In this document: piece after piece, positions 1-9,088 of the stretch
How the letters are laid out: every line of letters starts with the position of its first letter
Position numbering within the stretch: the first letter of the stretch is position 1
IMG/VR virus record: IMGVR_UViG_3300031992_000005
Location: 192,001-256,000 of that record
DNA from: a virus
DNA: 64,000 nt
Direction: 5' to 3' (one strand)
Made by a program: the position numbers and the translations under genes
Notes under the pieces: model-generated
What the model was told of the DNA's origin: nothing
The model's database searches: none
Seen by the model: only the letters and a program-made list of their open reading frames with translations

Positions 1-48
1 TTATATTAGTAATAATATTTTTAAACCACCTAGCAAGACATAGTTAAT

Positions 49-276
49 ATGCAAAGTCCATTTAAGTATTTTCTAAAAAAGCATAAAGAAGATATATACT
101 TTTATGTATGGGTATTGTTAACTATAGTAGATGCAATTTATTTGGCTATATCCTTGGCATTATCCATAATTGATGAAAGTAAAGGTGCTTTTTATGCGCG
201 GTGTAGTACAATATTAGCTTTTTGCGCATTTGGAATCTTTACCGTGATATTAAGTTATTTAAAAGAAAAAGGTTGA
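49..276 (+). CDS. small membrane protein (tandem paralog 1 of 2)
   Basis: 75-aa ORF with two hydrophobic segments. N-terminus MQSPFKYF..KH resembles the next ORF. Confidence 0.55.
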   Translation: MQSPFKYFLKKHKEDIYFYVWVLLTIVDAIYLAISLALSIIDESKGAFYARCSTILAFCAFGIFTVILSYLKEKG

Positions 277-280
277 AGAT

Positions 281-517
281 ATGCAAAGTTCATTTAGTTA
301 TTTCAGAAGAAAACACCTAGGTAATATCCTAGTAATTACGTGGGTACTAATAATAGTGGTAGGGTTAATTGATTTACTGGTTTTCGCAAATTGTTTGTTA
401 TTTGAGGTTGAATCTGTGTGGAAACCAGCCTTACTTTGGTTTGGGATACTGTTTGCGGCATTTATTCTAATAACAGTATTAATGATGTACTTATTTGCTA
501 CGAATCGGATAGAATAA
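281..517 (+). CDS. small membrane protein (tandem paralog 2 of 2)
   Basis: 78-aa ORF. MQSSFSYFRRKH plus two hydrophobic segments, 4 nt after the previous stop. Confidence 0.55.
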   Translation: MQSSFSYFRRKHLGNILVITWVLIIVVGLIDLLVFANCLLFEVESVWKPALLWFGILFAAFILITVLMMYLFATNRIE

Positions 518-804
518 TGACAAAAAAGTATTGGAATGATTGGAAAAGAAGAATAGGTGAAACTATAAATATACACCTATTCTGGAACCGCATAGATGGA
601 ACAATAATACGGAAAGCCAATAGTGGATTATTAGATCCAGAGGATAGAATAGTCAAGGCGACATTTCATGAAAAATCTGTTGACTTAACTATCGAACGTA
701 GCAATTATTATTATATCGGTTCACACTATCTTTCTAAAAATGAATATATTACTTTGGAAAGAGAAAAAATAGCATGTATAATTTTTAAGAAAAATGGAAA
801 ATAG
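517..804 (+). CDS. hypothetical protein
   Basis: ORF track 418..804. Start moved to ATG 517, which forms a TAATG overlap with the upstream stop (MTKKYWNDW..). Confidence 0.5.
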   Translation: MTKKYWNDWKRRIGETINIHLFWNRIDGTIIRKANSGLLDPEDRIVKATFHEKSVDLTIERSNYYYIGSHYLSKNEYITLEREKIACIIFKKNGK

Positions 805-946
805 CTGGTTATTATTAGAGAACGGTAGAGTAATAGAAGAATATCCTTCTAAGACAAAAGCTAAAAATGCTAAGTGGTGGAAGGAAAAAGAAGCCAGAGA
901 AAACTGGCTAGACCTAAGTTATGAAATTAAGCCAAAAACTGAATAA
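794..946 (+). CDS. hypothetical small protein (50 aa, not in ORF track)
   Basis: ATG 794 to TAA 944-946 (MENSWLLLENGRV..). Overlaps the upstream stop by 11 nt and fills an otherwise empty gap. Confidence 0.3.
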   Translation: MENSWLLLENGRVIEEYPSKTKAKNAKWWKEKEARENWLDLSYEIKPKTE

Positions 947-947
947 T

Positions 948-1334
948 ATGTTAACAGTTTATACTGCCGATGAATACGGTTTGTTACGATTAACTAGGAC
1001 AACCTATTCTTGGCCTGAAGAGAAAAGATCTCCTCGAGAACAGATTAATTGGATTAAGATTCGCATTAAGAATCTTAGGGGCAAAGAATCTATAAAAACT
1101 TTTAGTCCTTACATTTTGAATTATCTCAACTTAGCCCTTGAAAAGGGAGATATCAAGCCAGAAGATCTTGAGGTAATAGAAGTTATCAGATGTGATGATA
1201 GTGTCGAAGAAGTAAGCTTAAAAGTTAAAGATGATAAGGGGAGATGTTTAATAGATACTAGATCTCTATCAGATCCAATTTCTGAAATTTATCAAGAATT
1301 TAATAATCTTAGAAAAAATGAAAATCGAGTATGA
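948..1334 (+). CDS. hypothetical protein
   Basis: ORF track 921..1334. The internal ATG 948 follows the stop of the 794..946 ORF directly. Confidence 0.5.
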   Translation: MLTVYTADEYGLLRLTRTTYSWPEEKRSPREQINWIKIRIKNLRGKESIKTFSPYILNYLNLALEKGDIKPEDLEVIEVIRCDDSVEEVSLKVKDDKGRCLIDTRSLSDPISEIYQEFNNLRKNENRV

Positions 1335-1608
1335 AGATTTAAAAAAGCACATGATCGTTCATTTAAAGATTAATAATGTAAACGTGATCGTATTTTATTT
1401 AACGGCTCAGGAAATAAAAAAGAAACGTATAAATGCTGATGAAGAAGGTTTCTATGGATTTAGAGGTCTTTGGTATAAAGGTAATGGTACGAGATATTCT
1501 TCCTATGGGAAAATTTATAACTTGAGCTATTACAAGAAAGACATGGAATTAGTAAGGACAGGTATTCATGGACTGTCGAAGAAAGAATTAAGGCATATTG
1601 TCAGGTAA
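1318..1608 (+). CDS. hypothetical protein
   Basis: 96-aa ORF in a co-directional tightly packed series. Confidence 0.5.
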   Translation: MKIEYEDLKKHMIVHLKINNVNVIVFYLTAQEIKKKRINADEEGFYGFRGLWYKGNGTRYSSYGKIYNLSYYKKDMELVRTGIHGLSKKELRHIVR

Positions 1609-1972
1609 AATGAGAAATTGTACTAACTTATCCCAATCGAAGGACTTGAAGAAGTACCTTCCACTTAATAGTGCGGATATGTATTATACTCCGCCCTTAG
1701 TGAATGGATTTACAGAATACTTAGTACATCCGATAAGAAAATTACCCATTGATTGGGAAGTAGAACAAGCTATTCCGTGTTGGACTTTGACTGCTTTGAT
1801 CAACATTCTACCAAGTTCAACACTTGATATATCCGACGATCATTATTGTAGAGTTTCTACGATGAATAGGAGTTCTGAATGGCATGGTAATCCAGTTGAT
1901 GCTTGCGTAGAAATGATTAAGAGATTACATAATTTAGGATTGATGAAAAATGGGAAAGTACGTAGACGTTGA
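1598..1972 (+). CDS. hypothetical protein (paralog of 6288..6644)
   Basis: Shares SADMYY, IPCWTLTALINILPS and ..MIKRLHNLGL with 6288..6644 (SADMVY, CCAWSLPALLDILPE, ..ILKLHKLNY). Confidence 0.6.
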   Translation: MSGKMRNCTNLSQSKDLKKYLPLNSADMYYTPPLVNGFTEYLVHPIRKLPIDWEVEQAIPCWTLTALINILPSSTLDISDDHYCRVSTMNRSSEWHGNPVDACVEMIKRLHNLGLMKNGKVRRR

Positions 1973-2072
1973 TGCAGTTATTGCAGAGTTAAAGAAAAGA
2001 AAAAAGAAAAACCCCCTAAACGAAGGCGCTTTTGAGGAAGATATTAAACTTCATGAACAAAAACTACTGTAG
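1950..2072 (+). CDS. hypothetical small protein (40 aa, not in ORF track)
   Basis: MGKYVDVDAVIAELKKRKK.. resembles the N-termini of 2075..2380 and 5169..5393 (Y[IV][DE]K..L[IV].E[LI]). Stop lies 2 nt before the next ATG. Confidence 0.3.
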   Translation: MGKYVDVDAVIAELKKRKKKNPLNEGAFEEDIKLHEQKLL

Positions 2073-2074
2073 GT

Positions 2075-2380
2075 ATGGGACGACAATATATAGAAAAAAG
2101 TGAATTAGTAAAGGAGATAGAGAAAAGAATAAAAAAATTAAAGGATCTTCATTTTGATACAGTTACGGGTTATGCTGGAGAAATTTCAGGCTTAGAAAGA
2201 CTACTTTCTTTCCTCGATACTCTTGAGACGAAAGAGGTTGTGGCAGAACAGGAAGGTATATGTAATGGCATACTCAATACCATTATAGGAGATACTACTT
2301 GGCATCTTAAGATCCCACTTGATAAGGTAGGGTTAAAACACGGAGATAAAGTAAAAATATTCATAACAAAAGAAAAGTAG
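2075..2380 (+). CDS. hypothetical protein
   Basis: 101-aa ORF; N-terminus YIEKSELVKEIEKRIKKL. Confidence 0.55.
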   Translation: MGRQYIEKSELVKEIEKRIKKLKDLHFDTVTGYAGEISGLERLLSFLDTLETKEVVAEQEGICNGILNTIIGDTTWHLKIPLDKVGLKHGDKVKIFITKEK

Positions 2381-2387
2381 TTTGATT

Positions 2388-2729
2388 ATGAAAGCAAAAA
2401 TACGAAAAACAGGTGAAATAGTAGACGTAATTTGTTATGGAGGGAGTCCTAATAGGAGAAGTGATGCACTTGACTACGTGAATTATATTGATTCACGGGG
2501 TGTTGAGCATACAGAATCAAATAACTTAAATTATTATTGGGACTTTGAACCAATAGAGACTACTGATGAGTATTGGCAAGAAGTAAGAAAACGTGCTGCT
2601 ATTGCTGCTTTACAGGGTCTTTCAGCAAATCCCGATTTAGTCTATGATAACGGTGATGAGAAAGTAGACATTGTTGCAAGAGCAATGAGATACGCTGATA
2701 AACTTGTTGAGAGACTTAAAAAGAAATAA
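2388..2729 (+). CDS. hypothetical protein
   Basis: ORF track 2382..2729 begins at TTG. The first ATG is at 2388. Confidence 0.55.
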   Translation: MKAKIRKTGEIVDVICYGGSPNRRSDALDYVNYIDSRGVEHTESNNLNYYWDFEPIETTDEYWQEVRKRAAIAALQGLSANPDLVYDNGDEKVDIVARAMRYADKLVERLKKK

Positions 2730-2731
2730 TT

Positions 2732-3100
2732 ATGGCAACGATTAAGAGCAATTTACTAATTAAAATTGACAGCTTAAAAAACGCTGTAGAAAAAGAAGAT
2801 GTAGAGGTTTTAATCCACTTAATTGATGATATGGGTTTTGACAACAGAAAATCATCAATGATAGTGGATTTTGCAAAACAAATCATTATAAATTTTATAT
2901 CAGACTATATTAAGGAAAAAGATATAGAGACATTAAGAATAAGTAGAACTGGTGAGTATGGCACAAAAACATACGATACATATAGGAGATGTAAAGAAGA
3001 GCTTTTCCGAAATGGAACTAATGTGCAATGGACTTCTTTAGGTAAACTATATCAGGCGTATAAGTATATAAAGTATTGTATAAAGTATGGCAACAATTAA
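2732..3100 (+). CDS. hypothetical protein
   Basis: 122-aa ORF, 2 nt after the previous stop. Confidence 0.55.
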   Translation: MATIKSNLLIKIDSLKNAVEKEDVEVLIHLIDDMGFDNRKSSMIVDFAKQIIINFISDYIKEKDIETLRISRTGEYGTKTYDTYRRCKEELFRNGTNVQWTSLGKLYQAYKYIKYCIKYGNN

Positions 3101-3111
3101 GTCATTTGATT

Positions 3112-3360
3112 ATGGAACAAATTTTAGTGAATTTAAGTAACAGTCAAGTACAAGATATCTTAGAAGAACTTGGAATGCTTGAAGATGGCAATTGTTCTTA
3201 TACTGCGGAGGAAATATTTATAGCAGGAATGGAATATGCTATAAATAACGGATTATCGTGGTTAGATAAAAATATAGATTTTGAGCACGACTATCCATCA
3301 TCCAAAGAGGAACTAATTGAAAATTTACTTAAAGCAATGAAAGCAGAAAAAGTAGAATAA
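3112..3360 (+). CDS. hypothetical protein
   Basis: ORF track 3076..3360. ATG 3112 (MEQILVNL) avoids a 25-nt overlap. Confidence 0.5.
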   Translation: MEQILVNLSNSQVQDILEELGMLEDGNCSYTAEEIFIAGMEYAINNGLSWLDKNIDFEHDYPSSKEELIENLLKAMKAEKVE

Positions 3361-4046
3361 TGTTTATGGAAAATAAATTTAAGATTAAGAAAGGTAATTG
3401 GTATGTTTGCATAAGAAGTTTAGACGATGATTATGGAACAAGGGCATTTCGTAAAGGAGATGTGTATTACTCCACAAAGGATGAAACTCTTATGCCAGAC
3501 AATTCTAACGTTCCTACTAAATTCTCATATTGTTGCCTAGATCAGTATTTCCGTCCTTGGTCTATTAAAGATGCAAGGGAAGGTGACATACTTGCATCTA
3601 AATCAGGGAAAAGAATATTTTCGTATAGCGGAAAACTTGATTTAAAGAATAGACCTTGTGCAAATTATGGTATTTACGAAACATATGATGGATTTATTCT
3701 AACTAAATGTGCTTTTGGTAATTTCTTTACATATGAAGAAGTATATCCTGCCACTAGAGACCAACATAATTTCCTTTTGAGGAAAATGCAAGAGGCTAAT
3801 TGGTCTTGGGATATAAGTAGTAACATGAAGTTAGGCATAAATACAAGAGGGAAGGATGTAGTCATATTTTCTAATGAGACAACTCAGTCTTTTAAGCAGA
3901 ACCATACTTGGAGTGAAGAGGATGAAGAAATGTTCGACTATGCTCTTGATATGGTAGAATGGTATGGAGGTAAAAATGAAGGAAAATCAAGAGATGTATC
4001 TGATTGGATTAAATCTCTTAAGCAAAGAATAAAAGGAAATGGCTGA
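3360..4046 (+). CDS. hypothetical protein
   Basis: 228-aa ORF with a TAATG overlap to the upstream gene. Confidence 0.6.
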   Translation: MFMENKFKIKKGNWYVCIRSLDDDYGTRAFRKGDVYYSTKDETLMPDNSNVPTKFSYCCLDQYFRPWSIKDAREGDILASKSGKRIFSYSGKLDLKNRPCANYGIYETYDGFILTKCAFGNFFTYEEVYPATRDQHNFLLRKMQEANWSWDISSNMKLGINTRGKDVVIFSNETTQSFKQNHTWSEEDEEMFDYALDMVEWYGGKNEGKSRDVSDWIKSLKQRIKGNG

Positions 4047-4326
4047 AAAGATAGGTGGAAAATACAAGCAACCTTGGACTGAAGATCTTCTTGCGCAGAT
4101 AAACAACGAAGATAGTATTACCAAGCGACATCATTTAATCTCAAGGTATCTTCATCAAAGGGAACAACAGATAGAACGTATACTCGCCAATATTGAAAAC
4201 GATGATATTGACTTAACTCTTGTCGTTGAACAGTTATGGGAAGACCTAAAACTCGCCCATAAACAAATTCGACATACAATGGACAGAAGTGATTTTTATG
4301 CTAAATATTATAAATTAGATAAATAA
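4039..4326 (+). CDS. hypothetical protein
   Basis: 95-aa ORF with an 8-nt overlap. Confidence 0.55.
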   Translation: MAEKIGGKYKQPWTEDLLAQINNEDSITKRHHLISRYLHQREQQIERILANIENDDIDLTLVVEQLWEDLKLAHKQIRHTMDRSDFYAKYYKLDK

Positions 4327-4826
4327 TGGACATAAAGGAAGAGCACGTAAGCTTTGAAATAGCAAAACTCCTTAGAGAAAAGGGGTTTGATGAGCATACT
4401 GTTTGTAGATATGTTGACGACAATGGAGCAACTGAGAAATGGTATGACAATTACAGAGAAAAAGTATTACGGTTTGAGCTAAATGCAGGTGACCTAATAG
4501 AACCATCAATAGAACCTAAAGAAAAATACGAACTATATGGTGATACGATCCCTGCACCAACTCTCTATGGGGTAATGGAGTGGTTGAGAAAAAAGTATAA
4601 GCTCTTCTTAGGAGTTGGATTTGGTAATGATGATAAAGGCGAGTTTCTCTATATGGTAGATATTTATGACTTAACTGGCGAAGCTATTGAGGGTAAATAT
4701 AAACCTATTGTAGAAGCAGACGATTATCTTACTGTTAATCCGAAAACTCCAGCAGAAGCTATAGGAGAAGCATTAAAATATTTACTCAAAAAATCTGATT
4801 TATTGGAATGTTATTATAAAAAATAA
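4326..4826 (+). CDS. hypothetical protein
   Basis: 166-aa ORF with a TAATG overlap. Confidence 0.6.
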   Translation: MDIKEEHVSFEIAKLLREKGFDEHTVCRYVDDNGATEKWYDNYREKVLRFELNAGDLIEPSIEPKEKYELYGDTIPAPTLYGVMEWLRKKYKLFLGVGFGNDDKGEFLYMVDIYDLTGEAIEGKYKPIVEADDYLTVNPKTPAEAIGEALKYLLKKSDLLECYYKK

Positions 4827-4838
4827 AATAATATAGGT

Positions 4839-5126
4839 ATGGACGATAAAATTAAGCTTGATGTGGAAATTAATCCAGTCGTAACACTAAGATTACATGG
4901 TGTTAATAAATATGGTGGTATTATGGATATTAACTATAAGGACATCGAAAGGGTTAGAATTGATCGTGGTAAAACAATGATTCTGTATAAAACAGGTATT
5001 GAGGATAAACCTCTTGATGGATTTTATGTTCAAGAGTCTGTTGAAGAAGTCAATATGCTTATTGAAAAGGCAAAAGAAACTTATTCAATGGCATTAATAA
5101 GTTATAAAGCAGTCAAAATAGATTAA
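4839..5126 (+). CDS. hypothetical protein
   Basis: 95-aa ORF. Confidence 0.55.
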   Translation: MDDKIKLDVEINPVVTLRLHGVNKYGGIMDINYKDIERVRIDRGKTMILYKTGIEDKPLDGFYVQESVEEVNMLIEKAKETYSMALISYKAVKID

Positions 5127-5168
5127 TTCGATAACGTTAAGAGCAATTAAGTATTGTTTAAAAAAATT

Positions 5169-5393
5169 ATGAAACAGTATAAGTATATAGACAAAGATGC
5201 TTTAGTAGCAGAGTTAGAGAATAAGAAAAAGTACGCTCAGACTTTAGGCGATAATGCTATTAACGGAAGTATGCAGCAGTTCTATGATGGAATGAAGCAA
5301 GGTTGTGTTGATATTCTTTCTTTTGTCAATTCTCTTAAAGTAGTAAAAGTGGATTTGGATGAAGAAATTAAGCGCCTTAAAAGAACTTTATGA
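5169..5393 (+). CDS. hypothetical protein
   Basis: ORF track 5154..5393 begins at TTG. The first ATG is at 5169 (MKQYKYIDKDALVAELENKKK). Confidence 0.5.
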   Translation: MKQYKYIDKDALVAELENKKKYAQTLGDNAINGSMQQFYDGMKQGCVDILSFVNSLKVVKVDLDEEIKRLKRTL

Positions 5394-5496
5394 AACTAAA
5401 GTGTAATAAGAACAGTCGCCAAATACTTCTATGAACTTGGTCTTAGGAAATAGATCCTATTAATTCTATATTTATATAACATAAACTTATAGTATT

Positions 5497-6288
5497 ATGG
5501 ATAATTGTATAGAAGAATTAAGACAAAATTTGAAAGAATTAGAACTAAAATCAGAGTGGGAAACTTTACATGAGAAGTACTTATCAAAGAAGAAACTGTT
5601 TGAAGGTAAGTGTCTCAGCTCTCATGCACTCGCAAAGCCGCTTTATTCCTATAGTGGGAGAGAAGGGACCTATTTCTCGGCTAATCGTATAGATAAGGTC
5701 TATATTGGCCTCTCATCCTACGGCTACAGAGGCGAAGGACCTGTTATAGAAACCTTCGAGGATTTCAAGGCAATCGGTGGGCAATCCGCGATAATTGCAA
5801 AAGGCGAATGTATATCAATCCGGTTACTACCAGATAATGAGTATGAAATACAATCTAGATCCTTCAGGGAGATATTTGGCCCATCAACTTCTTTTGGTGA
5901 ATATGCACTGTCATTACAGTTATATGAATCACTCAAGGGATTGTTGCGTGGATCTTGTGACAATTTTTTCCACGTTGCTACTAAGAAGTTACAATTTGAT
6001 GTTCACCCTTGTAAGGAACAACTAGAACTATTAGAGGCACATGGGGCAAAGATGATAGACCTGGAGGATGATGAAGTGTACCTATTACATGACAAACCTT
6101 TCAGGTATGGAAGAAAATTGGTAGTGAACGAGATTTCACGGGCAATAATAAAAGATCTTTTAAGGGATGCTAGGGATAGCGACCTAAAAGATAATGGGTT
6201 CTCCGTTAAAGGTGTGTATTATCCACCAACTGGATTTTATAAGAGGATGGTAACTACATTAAGTAATGTCCTAGCAAAAATGAATTAA
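5497..6288 (+). CDS. hypothetical protein
   Basis: 263-aa ORF. Confidence 0.6.
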   Translation: MDNCIEELRQNLKELELKSEWETLHEKYLSKKKLFEGKCLSSHALAKPLYSYSGREGTYFSANRIDKVYIGLSSYGYRGEGPVIETFEDFKAIGGQSAIIAKGECISIRLLPDNEYEIQSRSFREIFGPSTSFGEYALSLQLYESLKGLLRGSCDNFFHVATKKLQFDVHPCKEQLELLEAHGAKMIDLEDDEVYLLHDKPFRYGRKLVVNEISRAIIKDLLRDARDSDLKDNGFSVKGVYYPPTGFYKRMVTTLSNVLAKMN

Positions 6289-6644
6289 TGGAAAAGAAGA
6301 AAATAATCCCAATCGCTACAAATTACGAACAGGGAAAGATCTTAGAAGAACTTATTGGCACGGATAGTGCAGATATGGTTTATATAGACTATGGATATGC
6401 AACACGACTCTTACCAAAGAATGATATTGATGCAAATTCATATCCTGTAATATGTTGTGCATGGTCATTGCCAGCATTACTTGATATATTGCCTGAGATA
6501 CAGGGTACGTCGCCTGTAGTCCATACTCATGATAATTCTATATCTTATGCAGGTAAGGATGGGTTGACTGTCGTGTCGGATTCTCTTATCAGTGCTAGTT
6601 ATGAGATTATATTAAAACTTCATAAATTAAACTATGTTGGATAA
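6288..6644 (+). CDS. hypothetical protein (paralog of 1598..1972)
   Basis: TAATG overlap. Shared motifs are listed under 1598..1972. Confidence 0.6.
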   Translation: MEKKKIIPIATNYEQGKILEELIGTDSADMVYIDYGYATRLLPKNDIDANSYPVICCAWSLPALLDILPEIQGTSPVVHTHDNSISYAGKDGLTVVSDSLISASYEIILKLHKLNYVG

Positions 6645-6972
6645 TTTAAAAATTTGGTTGAGCAGAATCTTTAGGCTTCCAGTATCAAGAAAGGCAATTC
6701 TTAATCGAGTAGTAAAATTGTATAAGGGGAAAACTGATGGATTGTGTGAAGCATTGGAGTGGTCATTGATAGATTATGGGATCTATCTTCATGCAGCTGA
6801 TGTTTTTTCTGAATTTCTTACTCAAGAGAATGCTAAGGGATTTGGTGGTATCCTTCCTGGTTTTTGGTGGCCAAGAAAAGACTGGACGTCTGGAAGATCA
6901 GAGTTCCTAGATTGGCTAATTGAACAGTACAAGAATGATAAAACAAACCTAAGAAATTATGTTCAAAGATAA
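6634..6972 (+). CDS. hypothetical protein
   Basis: 112-aa ORF. Confidence 0.55.
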   Translation: MLDNLKIWLSRIFRLPVSRKAILNRVVKLYKGKTDGLCEALEWSLIDYGIYLHAADVFSEFLTQENAKGFGGILPGFWWPRKDWTSGRSEFLDWLIEQYKNDKTNLRNYVQR

Positions 6973-7333
6973 TTGTCCTTGGGGAGCTGATGTACCAGAG
7001 GCACCCTGGAATAGAACGGATGCGCCAGAGGAGAACTTTAATGTAGCCATAACTCAAGTTTTGGTCAAGGAAACGGAGATTATGACTAATGATTATAAGT
7101 TAATACCCGGCAGCGAGAACCGAGATACTGATAATACAGATTGGAAGAATGCTTATTACAACAATGATAAGTATACTCCCCTGGATTTGATCAATAAGTT
7201 CAAGGAACTCTTAGAGGAAAATATTCCAGATAAAAAAGTTGATCGCAAGAAGCATTTTTTATACAAAAAGCTTATAAAAGAATGCGATAACTGGATAGTA
7301 AGCGATCTGAATTTTGAAAGAATAGGGGGATAA
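6959..7333 (+). CDS. hypothetical protein
   Basis: 124-aa ORF followed by a terminator. Confidence 0.55.
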   Translation: MFKDNCPWGADVPEAPWNRTDAPEENFNVAITQVLVKETEIMTNDYKLIPGSENRDTDNTDWKNAYYNNDKYTPLDLINKFKELLEENIPDKKVDRKKHFLYKKLIKECDNWIVSDLNFERIGG

Positions 7334-7351
7334 TATCTCCCTTTCTTTTTT
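7326..7351 (+). terminator. intrinsic terminator
   Basis: Hairpin GGGGGATAATATCTCCC followed by a T-rich run. Confidence 0.6.
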
Positions 7352-7384
7352 CCTCCCCAAAGAAAAAGAAATGCCTTATATATG
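7352..7384 (+). promoter_or_regulatory. recurrent phage promoter motif (class 1, ..ATGCCTTATATATG)
   Basis: CCTCCCCAAAGAAAAAGAAATGCCTTATATATG, about 58 nt upstream of ATG 7443. Confidence 0.55.
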
Positions 7385-7442
7385 TAAGAGGAGATATCGG
7401 GATGCCTATAAAAGAACCGGTTAACTTTTAAATATTTAGATT

Positions 7443-7637
7443 ATGTTAAGTAAAGAACAGCGTGAGAAATATCTAGAAATTCTTCGTAAGTGTCTGAAAG
7501 ACGAAGAAGACGAAGAAAATTCTGATATTGAGGGCAATCATAGAATTGCCGACATGGTCTTGACCGATGCTCTTTTGGCATTGGGAGAGAAAGAAATAGT
7601 ACAGGAGTGGGAAAAGCTCGAGAAATGGTATGCATGA
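7443..7637 (+). CDS. small acidic protein
   Basis: 64-aa ORF, DE-rich. Flanked by a + strand promoter motif and a + strand terminator. Confidence 0.55.
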   Translation: MLSKEQREKYLEILRKCLKDEEDEENSDIEGNHRIADMVLTDALLALGEKEIVQEWEKLEKWYA

Positions 7638-7658
7638 TCATTTCTCATTCGATTAGAA

Positions 7659-7693
7659 GAAAGGAAGCAGAGATTGTTTCCCTTTCTTTTTTT
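7659..7693 (+). terminator. intrinsic terminator (hairpin family 2)
   Basis: GAAAGGAAGCAGAGATTGTTTCCCTTTC plus T-run. The same 28-mer recurs on the - strand at 20031 and 20807. Confidence 0.65.
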
Positions 7694-7703
7694 CTTCTCA
7701 GAA

Positions 7704-7724
7704 CCGCCTAAATCCTTACTACTG
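7704..7724 (+). promoter_or_regulatory. promoter motif (class 2, ..AAATCCTTACTAnTG)
   Basis: CCGCCTAAATCCTTACTACTG ends 10 nt before the tRNA-Met 5' end. Confidence 0.5.
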
Positions 7725-7734
7725 TAATAAAGTC

Positions 7735-7810
7735 GGGCCTTTAGCTCAGTTGGTCAGTTAGCAACACGCTCATAACGTGGAGGTCGTGGGTTCAAGTCCC
7801 TCAAGGCCCA
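7735..7810 (+). tRNA. tRNA-Met (anticodon CAT; could be Ile2 if lysidine-modified)
   Basis: Acceptor GGGCCTT/AAGGCCC, D arm GCTC..AGC, anticodon stem ACACG/CGTGG with loop CTCATAA, T arm GTGGG TTCAAGT CCCTC. Confidence 0.85.
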
Positions 7811-7858
7811 CTTTATTTTTTATTTTTATAGAAACAATAACAAATTAAGAGAAAAAAA

Positions 7859-8047
7859 ATGATTACATTAACTTTCAATTTTTGGTGGATTCCAGTTATA
7901 ATTATTGTATTGTTTGGAATCATCGTATTTATTAAAGCGTATGTCAATAAGAATGATAAATTTGGTTTTGGCGCATTCTTTGGTCTCATTGTTCTCATTG
8001 GTTGTATATTATTGGCGGTTGCTATAGGAGGGTTTACGATTTGGTGA
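7859..8047 (+). CDS. small membrane protein (2 TM, holin-like size)
   Basis: 62-aa ORF with two long hydrophobic stretches. Confidence 0.5.
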   Translation: MITLTFNFWWIPVIIIVLFGIIVFIKAYVNKNDKFGFGAFFGLIVLIGCILLAVAIGGFTIW

Positions 8048-8098
8048 AGATGAAATATTTTTACAGTGATAATAAAATTATTAGTATTTTATTAAACT

Positions 8099-8506
8099 AT
8101 GAATAAAACAGAGATAGTTGAGAAAATTCAGTCAAAGGTTGATTATAAGGTCGGAGATTGGGTTGAAACATGTAATTTTCTCCCAGGCATAGTGCAGAGC
8201 ATTGACATAGGGTATGTCAAGAGAGATGACTATGTGAAAGATGTAGTTGAGATATTTTACCCTCATATGGCTTTTGACAAGAAATATAATGGGAAATATT
8301 GTGGAGGAAGTATTTGTTCCGCCGATAATTGTGGAATACATAAAATCACTTCAGAATATGCCTGTAAACTCATGGCATTGGGTTATGATAGACTTAGTAA
8401 TCTTTGGGAAAGAGCTTGTGAATATTGGAAAACTGATGATAAAAAAGCATGGAAGGATTTTGTAGAAGAAGAGTATAAAAAAGTATTTGAAAGAGCAGAC
8501 CAATAG
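8099..8506 (+). CDS. hypothetical protein
   Basis: 135-aa ORF. Confidence 0.55.
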   Translation: MNKTEIVEKIQSKVDYKVGDWVETCNFLPGIVQSIDIGYVKRDDYVKDVVEIFYPHMAFDKKYNGKYCGGSICSADNCGIHKITSEYACKLMALGYDRLSNLWERACEYWKTDDKKAWKDFVEEEYKKVFERADQ

Positions 8507-8525
8507 TGGCTCTGCTTTTTATTTT

Positions 8526-8550
8526 TCCCTTCAATGCCTTAATAATAAGA
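8526..8550 (+). promoter_or_regulatory. promoter motif (class 1 variant)
   Basis: TCCCTTCAATGCCTTAATAATAAG, about 45 nt upstream of ATG 8594. Confidence 0.45.
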
Positions 8551-8593
8551 GATAATTAAAAATAGTATTAACTTTTTAAAATCAAAAAAAAAA

Positions 8594-9001
8594 ATGAGTG
8601 ATGTTAAATTTGGTAGGCAGAAAGGAAATCCAAATGTTGATGATAAGGTAATCATCCGAACTCAAGAAGCTAGAATAAGAAGTCTTGAGGAAAAGCTCGA
8701 GGCTAGTGAAAGAAAAAATAAAACCCTACAGGATGTAATTGATAGGTATCAAGAACACGACAAAAGGCAAAAAGAGATATTCTACGAAGGAACTCTAAAA
8801 AATGCCGTTGACTTCCTATTAAAGTCAATTAAGAGTAAAGAGGAGAACTGTCGTATTATCCTAGACGAGACTAATCAAATGATTAATCTAAATAGCTCTT
8901 GCAGAGGAAAAATTCGAAGCCTGATCAACTACTTAACAAAAACCAGGCTGAAGGAAGAAACTCTTTTAGAGAAACTTCAAGCAATGCTAGAAAATTCCTA
9001 G
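8594..9001 (+). CDS. hypothetical coiled-coil protein
   Basis: 135-aa ORF rich in charged heptad-like sequence. Confidence 0.55.
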   Translation: MSDVKFGRQKGNPNVDDKVIIRTQEARIRSLEEKLEASERKNKTLQDVIDRYQEHDKRQKEIFYEGTLKNAVDFLLKSIKSKEENCRIILDETNQMINLNSSCRGKIRSLINYLTKTRLKEETLLEKLQAMLENS

Positions 9002-9023
9002 GTTTCCCTAGGGATTTTTTTTT
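8996..9023 (+). terminator. intrinsic terminator
   Basis: TCCTAGG tttc CCTAGGGA plus T9, overlapping the stop codon. Confidence 0.65.
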
Positions 9024-9029
9024 CATCTC

Positions 9030-9055
9030 AAATCCCTTTAAAATCTTATAGATAG
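9030..9055 (+). promoter_or_regulatory. promoter motif (class 1 variant)
   Basis: CAAATCCCTTTAAAATCTTATAGATAG, about 35 nt upstream of ATG 9089. Confidence 0.45.
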
Positions 9056-9088
9056 ATATAATAATTAAAAATACAAATTTCAAAGATC

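Noticed and set aside
7441-7641. 66-aa ORF on the - strand mirroring 7443..7637 (+).
   Set aside because: The promoter motif (7352..7384) and terminator (7659..7693) are both + oriented. The + product is a plausible acidic protein.
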